Assembly (NCBI GenBank): GCA_043228905.1
Contig: JBHGNT010000021.1
Coordinates: 4,092,001-4,156,000 of the forward strand
Source of the DNA: Azolla caroliniana
Lineage: Eukaryota > Plantae > Polypodiophyta
Length of the DNA: 64,000 nucleotides
Direction of reading: 5' to 3'
The notes beneath the pieces are model-generated. The model did no database searches and was not told the DNA's origin. It saw only the letters and a list, made by a program, of their open reading frames with translations. The translations under genes were made by a program, and so were the position numbers. Positions 49,176-60,699 of the stretch are shown here, in pieces; positions within the stretch are counted from its first letter, which is position 1, and the number at the start of each line of letters is the position of its first letter.

Positions 49176-52158
49176 CATCCGGGGATCGGTTCGGATTGGG
49201 TTCATGTCGAAACCGATTTGGTGAAGTTATCTGGGAAGATCCAGGAAACCTTTCTTCTCTCACCAGCTGCTTGGTCTGAGACCCTAGTGGTCCCGCCCCG
49301 TTCTGACACATAACCGTGGAAAACCGTGACAATGCATGCAAGGGTTGTGCAAACCGAACGTCTCAATAACGGAGGACAAGGATGAGATTATGCATATGGA
49401 AATGCAATACTATCGAGACCTACTCACACCTATGCATATGAGGCAAAACACGGAGCTGGCTGATAGGGTGATGACTTGCATTCACCCCATGGTAACCTAG
49501 GAGATGGAAGTTGTGCTCGATAGCCCCATTTCTCGATTAGAACTCTTGGAGGCGCTTAGGGAATTGCTAAGAGGAGCATGCCCTCATGGTCTCTCACAAG
49601 ATTTTTTTGAGATTCATTGGGAAAGTGTTACCCTGTCACTGGAAGCCGAGGTTCAGGAGTTCTGGACCTCAGGAACGATGTTGACCGGTCTGGCTAAGGG
49701 GATGATCTTTCTCATCCCCAAAGCGGTAGAGTGGAGCCTAGAGTTGTTCCAGTGGCGTCTAATCATGATCCTTAACACGATATACAAGATACTCGTGAAA
49801 GTCCTAACTCAACGGTTAGCAAACTTCTTACTAGACATCATCCATGAGAGTCAAACAAGGTTTATCAGGAGCGGGTGTATCTTTGATAAGGTGTTGCTTC
49901 TTTGGGAAGCTATGGCATTGGTAGATCGCTCCGTGTCGAGCTCAACTATTCTGGTTTTAGACTTCGAGAAGGCCTACGACAGGGTACTATGGCCCTTCCT
50001 GGAAAATGTTGTAGTGGGAAATTCTAGCTATGGGGGGAAAACGTAATTGAATGCACGTGAACAACGGAGTGCGTGGATGCACTCAAATATGCTTTAATGT
50101 ATAAAAATGTGTAAATAACATAGGATTTGTAAGTACTAGGGATTAGGATTTACTAGGTACTTTAAGTGTTCGCACGAATAGAGTGGAATATGGGAGTTTG
50201 ACACGAGGAGATCGAGGAAAATCTCTATCTAGAGCGACGGTTTAACTACCTGATGTAACAACCCTCTCTCTCCTTGGTCTATAAAGGGAGGGAGAGAGAA
50301 CTGAGAGGGGTATTGTGTTTTGGGGAGGAGAACGAAGTGTTGTCGGTCTGGGAATCAAGCACTCACCCTCTGTCTTTGTATTCTCTGTGTGGTGATCTGT
50401 TCGGTAGGACGCCTCTACTCGCATAGGAAGCCCATGTGCTCCTGACAGAGGCTCCCCGTTGTATCTCAATGCTCGCGTGTGTGCGTTGTTCACTAATCCC
50501 GGAAGAGCCGGTTGTGCTCTGTGCGGCCACGAGCCTAGAGTGTGCATTTGCGGGATGAAGCGAACCAGATCCGGAAGAAGGCGTATTGGTTCTTCCTATG
50601 GAGCGATAATATGGAGCAACCCAAAGAAGCGTACCGGCACTCCGCTCCGGGTAGTGATAAGGAGGGAAGAACAGATGACGTTGCTATCGGGGCATCATGA
50701 GATCCTTTTGTCCGGTCATTGTAGAACGTGGGCCACATTCGAGAAGTTGAAGGGCAAGTATTGGTGGCCATGAATGTACGAGCACATGCACCATTTCGTG
50801 ACGACCTGCGAGAGCTGTCAGATGCATTCCGCAGTCCGGCATAGAGACGAGTTACACCCGACCTACCCATCGACCGTTCATGTCAAATGGATGGTGGATT
50901 TAGTAACGATGCTAATGGGGTTGGGGCAAATGCGATACCTGGTGCTAGCATGAGAGGACCTGACAAACAAGGTGGAGGGTCGGGCATTGCAAAACAAGAC
51001 AACCACGGCCGTATGTCGGTTCCTGATTGAAGAGGTGATTTGCTAATATGGATGCGTAGGGAAGATCGTGGCAGATCGAGGGGAGCTGGATGTGCGAGAA
51101 GCCGAAGAGTTGTTCAGCCAGTTAGGGGTTAAGCTCTCTCTCACCACGGCATACAATTCGGAGGCGAACGGGAAGGTGGAGCGCAGACACGGCCCAATTG
51201 TGAAGGCACTGGTACGAGCATGCGAGGGGCAAGTCGGAAATTGGTCATGGCTCCTACTGTACGCATTATGGGCGGACCGGACTATGCACAGTTTGGTGAC
51301 GGGATTCATGCCGGCGGAACTCATGTACATGCAAAAGTTGATCATTTCGGTGGAGCAAACGATCTCTTCATGGGCAGTGATCAATTGGGTGCACGAAATG
51401 AGTCGGGAGGAGCTGTTCACAGCAAGGATTCGCCAACTCAAGCGGAGACCAGAGGACGTGGAATGGACGAAGGCGAAATTGTACGCGGCGCGGGAAAGGA
51501 ACAAGGACCGGTTCGACCGGGCACCGGCTGCGACCGAAAAAGATCGAGGGGAGATCGAGGAAGGTGACTAGGTGTTGGTCTACGACAGCAGCCTCGAAAA
51601 CCAGCATAAGCCTACGCAAAAGTTTGCGCGAAGGTGATTCGGGCCCTACGTGGTGACGAGCGCGAACGACAACGCCACATACCACCTTGCAGAGCTCAAC
51701 GGAACAAGGATAGGGGTACCGATTGCAAGAAAGCGGATTAAAGCCTTCAAGAAGCGGCACGAAGAGGAGCTAGATCCGGAGTACGAGAGGAAGGACGGCG
51801 AGCCGGATGGAGCAGGTATAGCCCGGGGGGTCGACAGATCAGAGGGTGACGAGTAACAAAAGACCGGAATTTCCACCTTCCTTCTCTCGGCACATACTAG
51901 TGGATGTGCGGTTTGGTGGGGGTGGATATCATGGGAAATTCTAGCTACAAGGGGGGGAAGGTAACCGAATGCGCGTGAACAACGAAGTGCGTGGATGCAC
52001 TCAAATATGTTTTAATGTATAAAAACGTGTAAATAACATAGGATTAGTAAGTACTAGGGACTAGGATTTATTAGGTACTTTAAGTGTTCGCATGGATAGA
52101 GTGGAATATGGGAGTTTGACGAGAGGAGATCGAGGAAAATCTCTGTCTAGAGCGGCGG

Positions 52159-52823
52159 TGTCGTAGTGTATTCCACACACTACGTGAAAACCGTAAAATA
52201 ATATATCCGATTTTAGATACATATAAATAAATAAATAATATATCAAAATATTTATCACGTGCATAAGGCAAGACTCAAACCCTATACCTCCACGTAGCCA
52301 AACCTCAACTTTACCATTATGCTACCTTATCTTTAGTGTTCTACAAATAGATTTAATAACTATAAGTGTTTTATTTGTGCCTACCTTTATTAAAAGGTAA
52401 ATCATGCATTTTTAGAGTGCGTGAATATTTTATAGAAAAACGCAAGCAACTAAAAAGTGACTCATGCACATCTAGTATGCATGAGCACTATATTTAGCAA
52501 ATAAAAGCAAGGATTAGAAAAGCATCACATGCACATTTAGTGTGCATGAACATATTAGAAAAAAAAAGCATGTAGCTATGCTTAGTCTCTCCCATCACTA
52601 TATAAGGATGGGGAGCACATTGTAGTTTTTGTTGATTATTTTTCTATAATGATCAATCAATCTAAAATATTCGTGGGATTCACGAGATTCTTATCTTATA
52701 ACTCTTTATACCTATTCTTTACTAGCCTTATTTGTATTTTTCTTTCTCCTAGTCCAAAACCTCAGTGGTTCCCACCCAACTCACGCAACGATCCGAAGCC
52801 GAAAGGCACGACACAGTTGGTGA
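52159..52823 (+). mobile_element. LTR plus PBS stub (TGTCG...CGACA family) with an antisense tRNA-like cassette at 52267-52326
   Basis: Homologous to 20016-20843; left flank GCGG; followed by CAGTTGGTGAA and then host LTR sequence. Confidence 0.82.
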
Positions 52824-53144
52824 AACTCCCTGATGTATCAACCCTCTCTCTCCTTGGTCTATAATGGGAGGGAGAGAGGACTAAGAGGGGTATCACGTTT
52901 TGGGGAGGAGAACGAAGTGTTGTCAGTCTGGGAATCGAGCACTCGCCCTTTGTCTTTGTATTCTCTGTGTGGTGATCTATTCTGTCGGACACCTTTGCTC
53001 GCATAGGAAGCCCGTGTGCTCCCGATAGAGTCTCCCCGTTGTATCTCAGTGCTCGCGTGCATGCGTTGTTCACTAATCCCAGAAGAGCCGGTTGTGCTCC
53101 GTGCGGCCACGAGCCTAGAGTTTCCGGTCACGAACTGTCTATCT

Positions 53145-53219
53145 TTTCTTCTTCTACCTTTTCTTCTTCTTCTTCTTCTTCTTCTTCTTCTTCTTCTTCT
53201 TCTTCTTCTTCTTCTTCTA
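53145..53219. repeat. (CTT)n microsatellite in LTR
   Basis: Long tct/ctt run. Confidence 0.95.
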
Positions 53220-55121
53220 CGCTCCTTGGTTCGAGGCCCCCGCGGTCCCACCCAGCTTCACAAGCATACGCATAATTACACGACAACATGATGAGAGGTA
53301 TGGGCCCACCCCAAAAATGGAGGAACTGCACTTTTGCACTCTATCGTACTGGTACTAGTATCGTGTTGCTAGTTGGCGCTAGGGGCCCCTCCTTCCAACT
53401 AAACCGCTCAGTGAGGCAAGGTTGTCCCCTAGCCCTATATCTCTATCTATTTGTAATTGAGGCTTTCTCTAACTACTTACAAGCACAAGCATCAGATTGA
53501 GGGGATTTCCATCCCCAATGTGACTGAAGATCTTCTGTTATCTGAATATGCTGACGATACGGTCCTTTTCCTGCAGGGCGATGAGGAGAATTTGAAGCGA
53601 GCTAAAATTCTCGTCGAGGACTTTTGTTAGGCCGTTGGTGCCAAGATAAATTGGGATAAAACCCAAGGCCTTTGGTTCAGCGAACAAGAGAAACCAAGGT
53701 GGCAACCCCATGCTGATTTTACGTGGGTCCCTGATGGGACGATGTTCAAGTACTTAGGATTTACGATGGGAAGGGAAATCCCCAAGGGAGCGCAACCATC
53801 CCATGTGCAAGCTAAAATAAGCAAGACGTTGAACTAATGGAGTAGATCTAAATTATCCTTTGTTGGTAGGGTCCTTATTGCGAACCAAGTGATGCTCGCC
53901 ACCATGTGGCACTCGGTCTCATGTTGGATTATGGACCCTGTAGATCTACACGCAATTAAGGTTGCCATCAAGGGGTTTATATGGTCAGTTAAGGACAATC
54001 CAATGGCGGCTGCTAGAGTTTCATGGCGTTGCTTGGCCTGATAGACCCCTTATAGACCCCTTAACGCAAAGTCGAGCATTGCTAGTCAAAGTGGTGGTTC
54101 AATGCCTCCTGCTAGGGAAGGGGTGTTGGAAGGTACCCATCGCAACAGTTTGCAATCAAGGACTCCCAAGTACGGTAGGCCTTGGCCTAACTCCTTGAAC
54201 TAGTGTTGCACAAGCGGAGTCCCACCCAAGATGGCTTGTCAACCGGAGGACAAGGTAACGAACTCCATCTTGCGGGCATGGTGTCACACGCAACAACATT
54301 TGATCAAGCACACCCTAGAGACACTTAGAATTGAGTGGACTAGACAACCATTATTTTGGAATCCCCAAGTGCGAACAAGTGACAACATGATGTTAGGGAA
54401 ACTTAAGGGCCTATCATGGGGAAAGCTGACACAAACAAGGCTCCACTCTATAAACGATTGGAGATGCATGGTTGCTCCAGGAGGACCCATTCCCTCCCCT
54501 CAAAGGAGCTATGAAAATGAGGAGATTGATAGTTGAGGCAATTGACAGGGTTGTGATGGGGGAGGTGAGAGAAGATGTGTGGTTCGATCTCTTTGATGAG
54601 GTTGGAATGGTTAAGTTGTTGAAGAGGATGAGAGGATCGGGAGAGATACACTTTTTGGAGAAAGCTAGAGCAAGTGCACTTGGCACCTAGTCCGAGTGGT
54701 GGTGCAAGTTGATAACATCTAAAAGACAAACTCGGATGTTGCAAAGGTGGAACCCCATTGGAAGTTATGGATATACGGTTGTCGTCCCCTCGTGGAACTA
54801 GAATGGGACCCAGGGGATTTCAGGTGGAAACATGATGGCAGACTCCGCCACTTCTTGGATTAATGTATAAGCCTCCTTGTATAGTCTCTTTGTAATAATC
54901 CTTCCTAACTAATGGGAAAGTAGCTTCATTTTGGGGAAAAAAATCACATTTTTGTTTTATTTGAGTATGTAAATTAAAATGAAGGTCAAAAGTTAATCTT
55001 TAATAAATAATAATGAAATATTTTATTCAATTATACATGGTAGCCTTTTGGTGAATTTTATATAATTTAAACTCGAAGTTTATGGCATTAAAACCTAATT
55101 TGGCAAAAACAACCTTGATGA

Positions 55122-58100
55122 TGTCGCGTAAACACGTATGCGTGTTTGGCCCGCAACCAATAACAAGTTTTAAATGAAGAAGAGAATGAGAAGAGGAAAG
55201 TAAGAGAGAAATAGGAGGAAATTGACAATGTATTAGCAATGAGCACAAGGGTTACAAGAATATGCCAAAGATTGACGTTGAACCTGAATGGTTCAAAAAT
55301 ACTCAGATACATGCTTATATAGCATGGTTTGGACATTTGTGCAACATGCCTCTTGGCATCATGCAAGCATGACACTTGGTGATCATGTGTTACCCTATAC
55401 GAGGTGGCAACATTTCAAAATATTGCATATGTGTCTTGATGATCTAATGAAAGTTATAAAAAATTGTGTAGTATATTTATAATCTTAGTGGTTGAGGTTA
55501 CACATCTTCCAAGGTTATAGGTTTGAATATCTATTATGAGTTTGGAGTTTTGATATCATAATCATTATTATTTGAGTCAGATCCACAAGGGTCTTGGACA
55601 AGGGAGGACGTGAAGATTAGGTGGGCACAACATAAGGGACTTGAAGCCTTCCACAAGTCGAAAGATTGGGGGAGACAAAGCCGTCTAGGAGTCGAAAAAT
55701 CGGGTGAGAAGAAGCCTTTCGCGAGTTGAAAGACCAGGGAGTCAAAGCATCCCATAAGTCGAAGGATCGCATGAGTCAAAAGAAGCGACGAATCGAAGGG
55801 GAGCGACAAGCTGAAGGCTTGTGGTGCGTTGAAGGATCTGATAAATCGAAAGAAGCGTTGAAGGATCCTCTCCTTCTCCTCTCACTCTCACGTAGTAGAA
55901 CAACTATTAATGTCCAAGGATAGGTTCAAAATATATGACTAACATAATGCACATGAGATTATGAAGGGTTTACACAATATTAAGACCAAAAGGAGCCTCT
56001 TTTCAAGTGAAACGATAATTAAGCGGCCATTTATAAAATAGGGTATACAAATTTTTAAAGTGAATGATTACAATCGTGGTAACGAAGAGTTGACCACTAG
56101 CATAGAACGGAAAGTGAAGGCAAGGGATGGTTAAAGCTTCTGGTGATGTTGAGTCAAGTGGGTTGTCAACCGTGACTATTTCTGACGGTTATGATTCCTC
56201 GATACGAAGTAATGTTCTCGGCTACTCCGTCCTCCTTCCAAACGACCGGTATGCAAGCTAGTCGAAGTCCCCTTTTTATGCCACCACACGTAACGAGCTT
56301 GGTGATGTCGAAGACCTTGAAGACCACCTAAGTAAAAGAGGAGACCAAGAAGGAGAAGAGAAGGAACAATACACCTTCACGCGAAAATTTGGGGTCTAAC
56401 TAAAAATGCCAAAACCCCAAACGTCAGAAATGGAGAGCTCCTCTTGTCCAAAATATTGAAAACGGTCCTTAAAAGAAGAAAGAAGTCGAAGAAGAAAAGC
56501 TAGAAAACCAAAAACTCGAAGAAGATTGAAAATTCATGACAAAGCCCAAAAATTAGCCCTCTCCCCTTCCTTTTATAGGGAGAAAGGCACCCCATTTACA
56601 TTAAATGCACATATTTCTCTTTTTCTTCAAAAAGAAAACAAGAATATATGCTCCTAAATTCACGTTGTCATGTAAAACGCATGTGCATGTGCTACTTGAG
56701 CGGGACCATGGGGGTCTTAGACCAGGGAGGACGCTAAGGTAAGGCGGACTCGAAAGGATCTACGAGTCGAAAAAGACTCGAGTGTCAAAAGGGTGTTGAA
56801 AGGAGGTGTAAGTTGATGACTCTAGCTTGTCGAAAGCAGTGCTTAGTCGAAGAAACCCCCCTAGTCAAAGGGAGCACTTAGTCAAAGAAACCCCCTAGTC
56901 AAAGAAAGCACTTAGTCAAAGGAAGCACTTAGTCAAACAAGCCCTTTTCAAATAAACCCCTTAGTCGAAAGAAGTTCTTGGTCAAAGGAAGCGCTTAGTC
57001 GAAGAATTGGAGGCACATGAAGAGGAGCAAATGCTCATGGAACATGAAATCACTTGCATTCACCGATGCGAGCTAGATCGTCTTGGGGGTTTACATAAGA
57101 TAGATTAACGGCGTGATTAAAACGACGAGTACAAGTTTATGACATAATGACCTTGTATAAGACTCGGTAGACGCTAGATTATATCAAGAGAGCCTTATAT
57201 AAAATAGTGTTTACAACTTTCAAAAAAGGGTTACAACGGTGCCAACCTCAACTTCACCACGAGCTTAAGCAAGAGATAGAAAATAAGAGGTGTGAAGCTT
57301 CCAATGTAGGCGAGTCGAGTGGGTCGCTGAGATCGCAACTACCTCTGATAGCTATGATGCCTCAAATCGAGGTAGAGTTCTCAAGTCACTCCGTCCTCCC
57401 TACATAATACAAACAACTAGTGTGCAAGCTTGTAGCCTCCTCGTTGCCTACACTGGAACATCGAAAACCTAGACAAAGAATAGTCGAAAAAGAAAAGAAA
57501 AAACTGAAAAAACCTAGACAAAGAAAAAGAAAAGAAAAGAAAAAGAGGACTCCACGCAACTCAAAGAAGACTCCCCCAATTGGCAAAATCGAAGAAGACG
57601 AAGATGAACACTCCCACGCTCTAAAAAACACCAAAGAATACCACCCAAAAACGAAGAATGAAGGACCCAAAATAAGCATTTGCATTTAATACAAATCTAT
57701 CCCGCTCCCCATAAAAATAAAAATAAAATATACTTTAACATAACCATTCTAATGGAGAATCAAACCCGACATCTCCTATACACATTGAATGACCTTAATT
57801 ACTAGGCCATTCATCTTTTTTAATTCACTCATAATTTTATATTTACTTATTTACACTCAGTGGCTCCTTTTTCTTTGTCCCCTTTCCCACATGCTACACG
57901 TTCTCTCTCCGTTGATGATCCTCTTTTTAGCCACTTTCCTAGCTTGGAGTCCACCACATCACGATAATGCCACGCTACAAAGATTCAAACTTTGTACTTA
58001 TTGAACCAAGTGAATGACTCTAACCACTAAGCAATAAACTTTAAGTTAATATTTTTGGATTTTTATCAATAGATACTTACTATGTATGGCCTTTTGCTTT

Positions 58101-58146
58101 TTCATTTTCTCATGTTTTCCATCTTCGGACTCACCACATCACGGCA
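55122..58146 (-). mobile_element. Old solo LTR of the TGTCG...CGACA family with nested insertions (~55160-55570 and 56666-57966)
   Basis: TGTCGCG...CACGGCA; TSD ATGA/ATGA; reverse U5 motif at 55580-55610; reverse TATA at ~56570. Confidence 0.62.
56666..57966 (-). mobile_element. Old nested solo LTR with a ~20-bp tandem repeat at 56840-57005
   Basis: TGTCATG...CACGATA; flanks ACGT/ATGC; gggaccatgggggtcttagaccaggga is the reverse U5 motif; ttagtcaaag units. Confidence 0.6.
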
Positions 58147-58220
58147 ATGAGTCATCTTTTCACCCCCCCAATCACCACCTACAGATAGAGGCCCTATGTC
58201 TATCTGCACACGTGCCATGT

Positions 58221-58844
58221 TGTCATGTAAAAAAGTGCGTACGTGTCGTGGTCGAGCAGGACCACGAGGGACATGAACTAAGGAGGACGTTCGCCAAGTG
58301 AGAAGATTCTTTTGACCACTTCGTTGTTCTCTTTGCATGGTGACAATGTGAACATAGGAAATGATGTGAATGTGTATAACAACACGAATAATGGAGTTGA
58401 CACAAACGTAGGCAACAGTGCAAATGTAGGAGCCAAGGTAAATGACGGTACACTTGAGAAGAAGAAAAAGAAGATGCATATGAAGAAGAACCCTAAATAT
58501 TCACGAAGAAAAGGAAAAATAGAACCCTAAAAATCTCAAGTACGTCGAGGAGAAGAAGAAAAACTAAGAAGCGAAGAAAAGGAGGCAAAAACCCTAATGG
58601 TACACTCCAAACCACAAAATGGGTGACTCTGAAATAAGCCCTCTTCTCCTCTTTTTAAGAGAAAGAGGTGCCTATTTTTAACATAAAATGTTTTTTAGCC
58701 TAGAAATTGCAAAAAGGAAATAATTCCCTAATTCACACTACCATACATTCAAACTCTATACCACTTATCTATAGTTAATGGCCTTACCTGTGGATGGACC
58801 CCTTTTTATCCACTTTCTAACTATGGGCCCGCTACATCACAACA
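58221..58844 (-). mobile_element. Old solo LTR (TGTCG...CGACA family)
   Basis: TGTCATG...CACAACA; flanks ATGT/ACGT; reverse U5 motif and TATA region. Confidence 0.65.
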
Positions 58845-60009
58845 ACGTGCACTTCACAACAACGGCCTAACTACCATAATGGACTAGTCCCACTTGCATC
58901 AACACCTCCCTCCTCTATCCTCAACTATCAACATGTCTGACACCCCTGCCCTCCTCCGACTAGCCCAATGTCAACTAGGACATCTCAACCATTCGAGATA
59001 GATAGATAGGTTTTATTATCTTCTTCAAAGGTCAAACATGACCCATGAGACGAGAGTGTGTGTGTGTGTGGGTGCGTGTGTGTGCACTACGAGAATGGGG
59101 GATAACCAATGAAGGTCAAAAGCATTTGTGATACCAAATTCGGGAGAGAAACAAGGTTAATGGGGCCGAATACCACGTGAAGATAAGGTTAGCAAGTTGG
59201 ATAAGTGATTGGGAGAGAGAGCATAAGAAATCAAGGAAGAGTTATGATCCAAGTGATCCAAGATAACAACGTGGTCACTTAGATTGCCATTGTAATCCTT
59301 TTGATCCCACAATACACAATATAATTCCTTTGGGTAGAGTAATTGCATGCCACATATAAGTATTCTACAAACATGGAGATATGATAGACAACAACAATTG
59401 AGTAATGTACACACATTGAAAACCATGACATTGACCGAAGAGGGGCCAAAAACAATGAATATCCACACCTTAGTGTAGTGTGTGTTAAAGCTCACACCAT
59501 TGGCTTTGTTATGGGAAATGCCCTCGCATTAAATGATATGGACCACATAGATATCCCATTCAATCTCCCATCACTACTTCATTGTTCTTAACTTCTATGC
59601 GTGCTTTTGTCTAAGTTCGATATAAACTAAACCCCCACTTTTGTATAATGTTTTGATTGGCATTTGAATTAGTTATACTGTAATATTCTCTTGATGTTAT
59701 TCTATACTATCTCCTCCCCCCCCCCCCCCCCCCCCAACCTCTTCTCTCGCTCACACATACACATACACACATCTATATATATGTATATTATGCAAGGACT
59801 ATCGCTCTTTTACCACCCATCCATTATCCATGAATTATTCATGTATAAATGACCATCCATGCACCATCTAGATCACACATGACTAGCCCTTTTACTCCAC
59901 GTCCAACTATGAATTCTCCTAAAAACCATGCAATTTTGATGAGCAGCCCTTTACACGACATGGCTAAGATCATTTGCACTCTTCTTCTCTCTAATGTACA
60001 CGTGGGGTT

Positions 60010-60600
60010 TTGTGGGATGGGGAAGGATTGCTGAAGAAATACAAAATTATGAAAAGGAATGTTTTGTTTTCCTTCTTATTTTTTACGGAAGGCGGGTATT
60101 GGATGTCTCTTATGCTACAACAATCCATATTTGGTAGAGGACAAGGTTTGGTCTACAATATCTTCTTTAGTGATTTGGGTATTGTGGAGGGCAAGATGTA
60201 AATTATATTTCATAAAGGCAAACAGAATGCAGTTGAGTTAGTCAAGGAGATATGGTTGGTGCTTCTACATACTGTAAAAGGTCACTATGAGGCAATAACT
60301 GGTGAGCCTAATGTGTTGTTTCGTAGGCAACAACATTTTAGAGAAATGTGGACAAAGGCAAAGGTCTTCACCTCTTTTGAGGAGAGAATAAATTGGAGAT
60401 ATGCTCCACCAAGGTGGCTTTTGCCGCCCCCTGTTAAGGGAGGATTCGGATCTTAAAAATGTAAATAGAGTTTCTAAGGTAGTTGTGTGAGGGCTTTTGC
60501 TCTTCAACATGTTGTTTGTGTTTCACGTATGAAACTTGAGTTTTTTGTAGTCTTTGGGCATTTTTCCATTAATAGCAAGGTGAATCTTTAAATAAAAAAA
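60010..60600 (+). mobile_element. 5'-truncated LINE fragment (ORF2 C-terminus, 3' UTR, short A tail)
   Basis: VWSTISSLVIWVLWRARCKLYF resembles the W..W..RN motif at the end of L1 ORF2; stop at 60456; A-rich end at ~60591-60600. Confidence 0.55.
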
Positions 60601-60699
60601 CATTTATACTCTTTATTGTATTTTTGCAAAATTAAAGTAGTTGTCTAATAAATGTGTACATCCATTCAAGAAGTGAACATCCAAGATTATGTTCTCAAG

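Larger units (their letters stand above)
14038..49331 (+). mobile_element. Decayed non-chromoviral Ty3/gypsy element hosting most of the nest
   Basis: Related LTRs at 14038-~14530 (truncated) and 46473-49331; TSD ACGC/ATGC. Removing it restores the LINE frame GGGR-MQGLCKPNVSITED. Internal order gag-PR-RT-RH-INT. Confidence 0.85.
50010..53285 (+). mobile_element. Internally deleted non-chromoviral gypsy element (integrase only)
   Basis: LTRs 50010-~50540 and 51927-53285; flanks ATGT/ACAT (both derivable from ACGT); PPT GGTGGGGGTGGA; integrase ADRGELD...ANGKVER, GPY motif, no chromodomain. Confidence 0.88.
49332..54860 (+). pseudogene. LINE ORF2 reverse transcriptase and C-terminal remnant, interrupted at 50010-53285
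   Basis: LIPK...WRLIMILNTIYKIL; LDFEKAYDRV; FLENV|MRGMG; RQGCPL; EYADDT; KYLG. Confidence 0.9.
5054..54939 (+). mobile_element. Near full-length decayed L1-clade LINE (~5.4 kb net) split by four nested insertions
   Basis: 19-bp TSD AAAATCACATTTTTGTTTT at 5035-5053 and 54940-54958. ORF1, APE endonuclease and RT fragments are colinear and rejoin across the insertions. Confidence 0.9.

Noticed and set aside
59120-59570. Degenerate PBS-like tgatacca followed by a possible LTR relic
   Set aside because: No definable termini, TSD or partner LTR.
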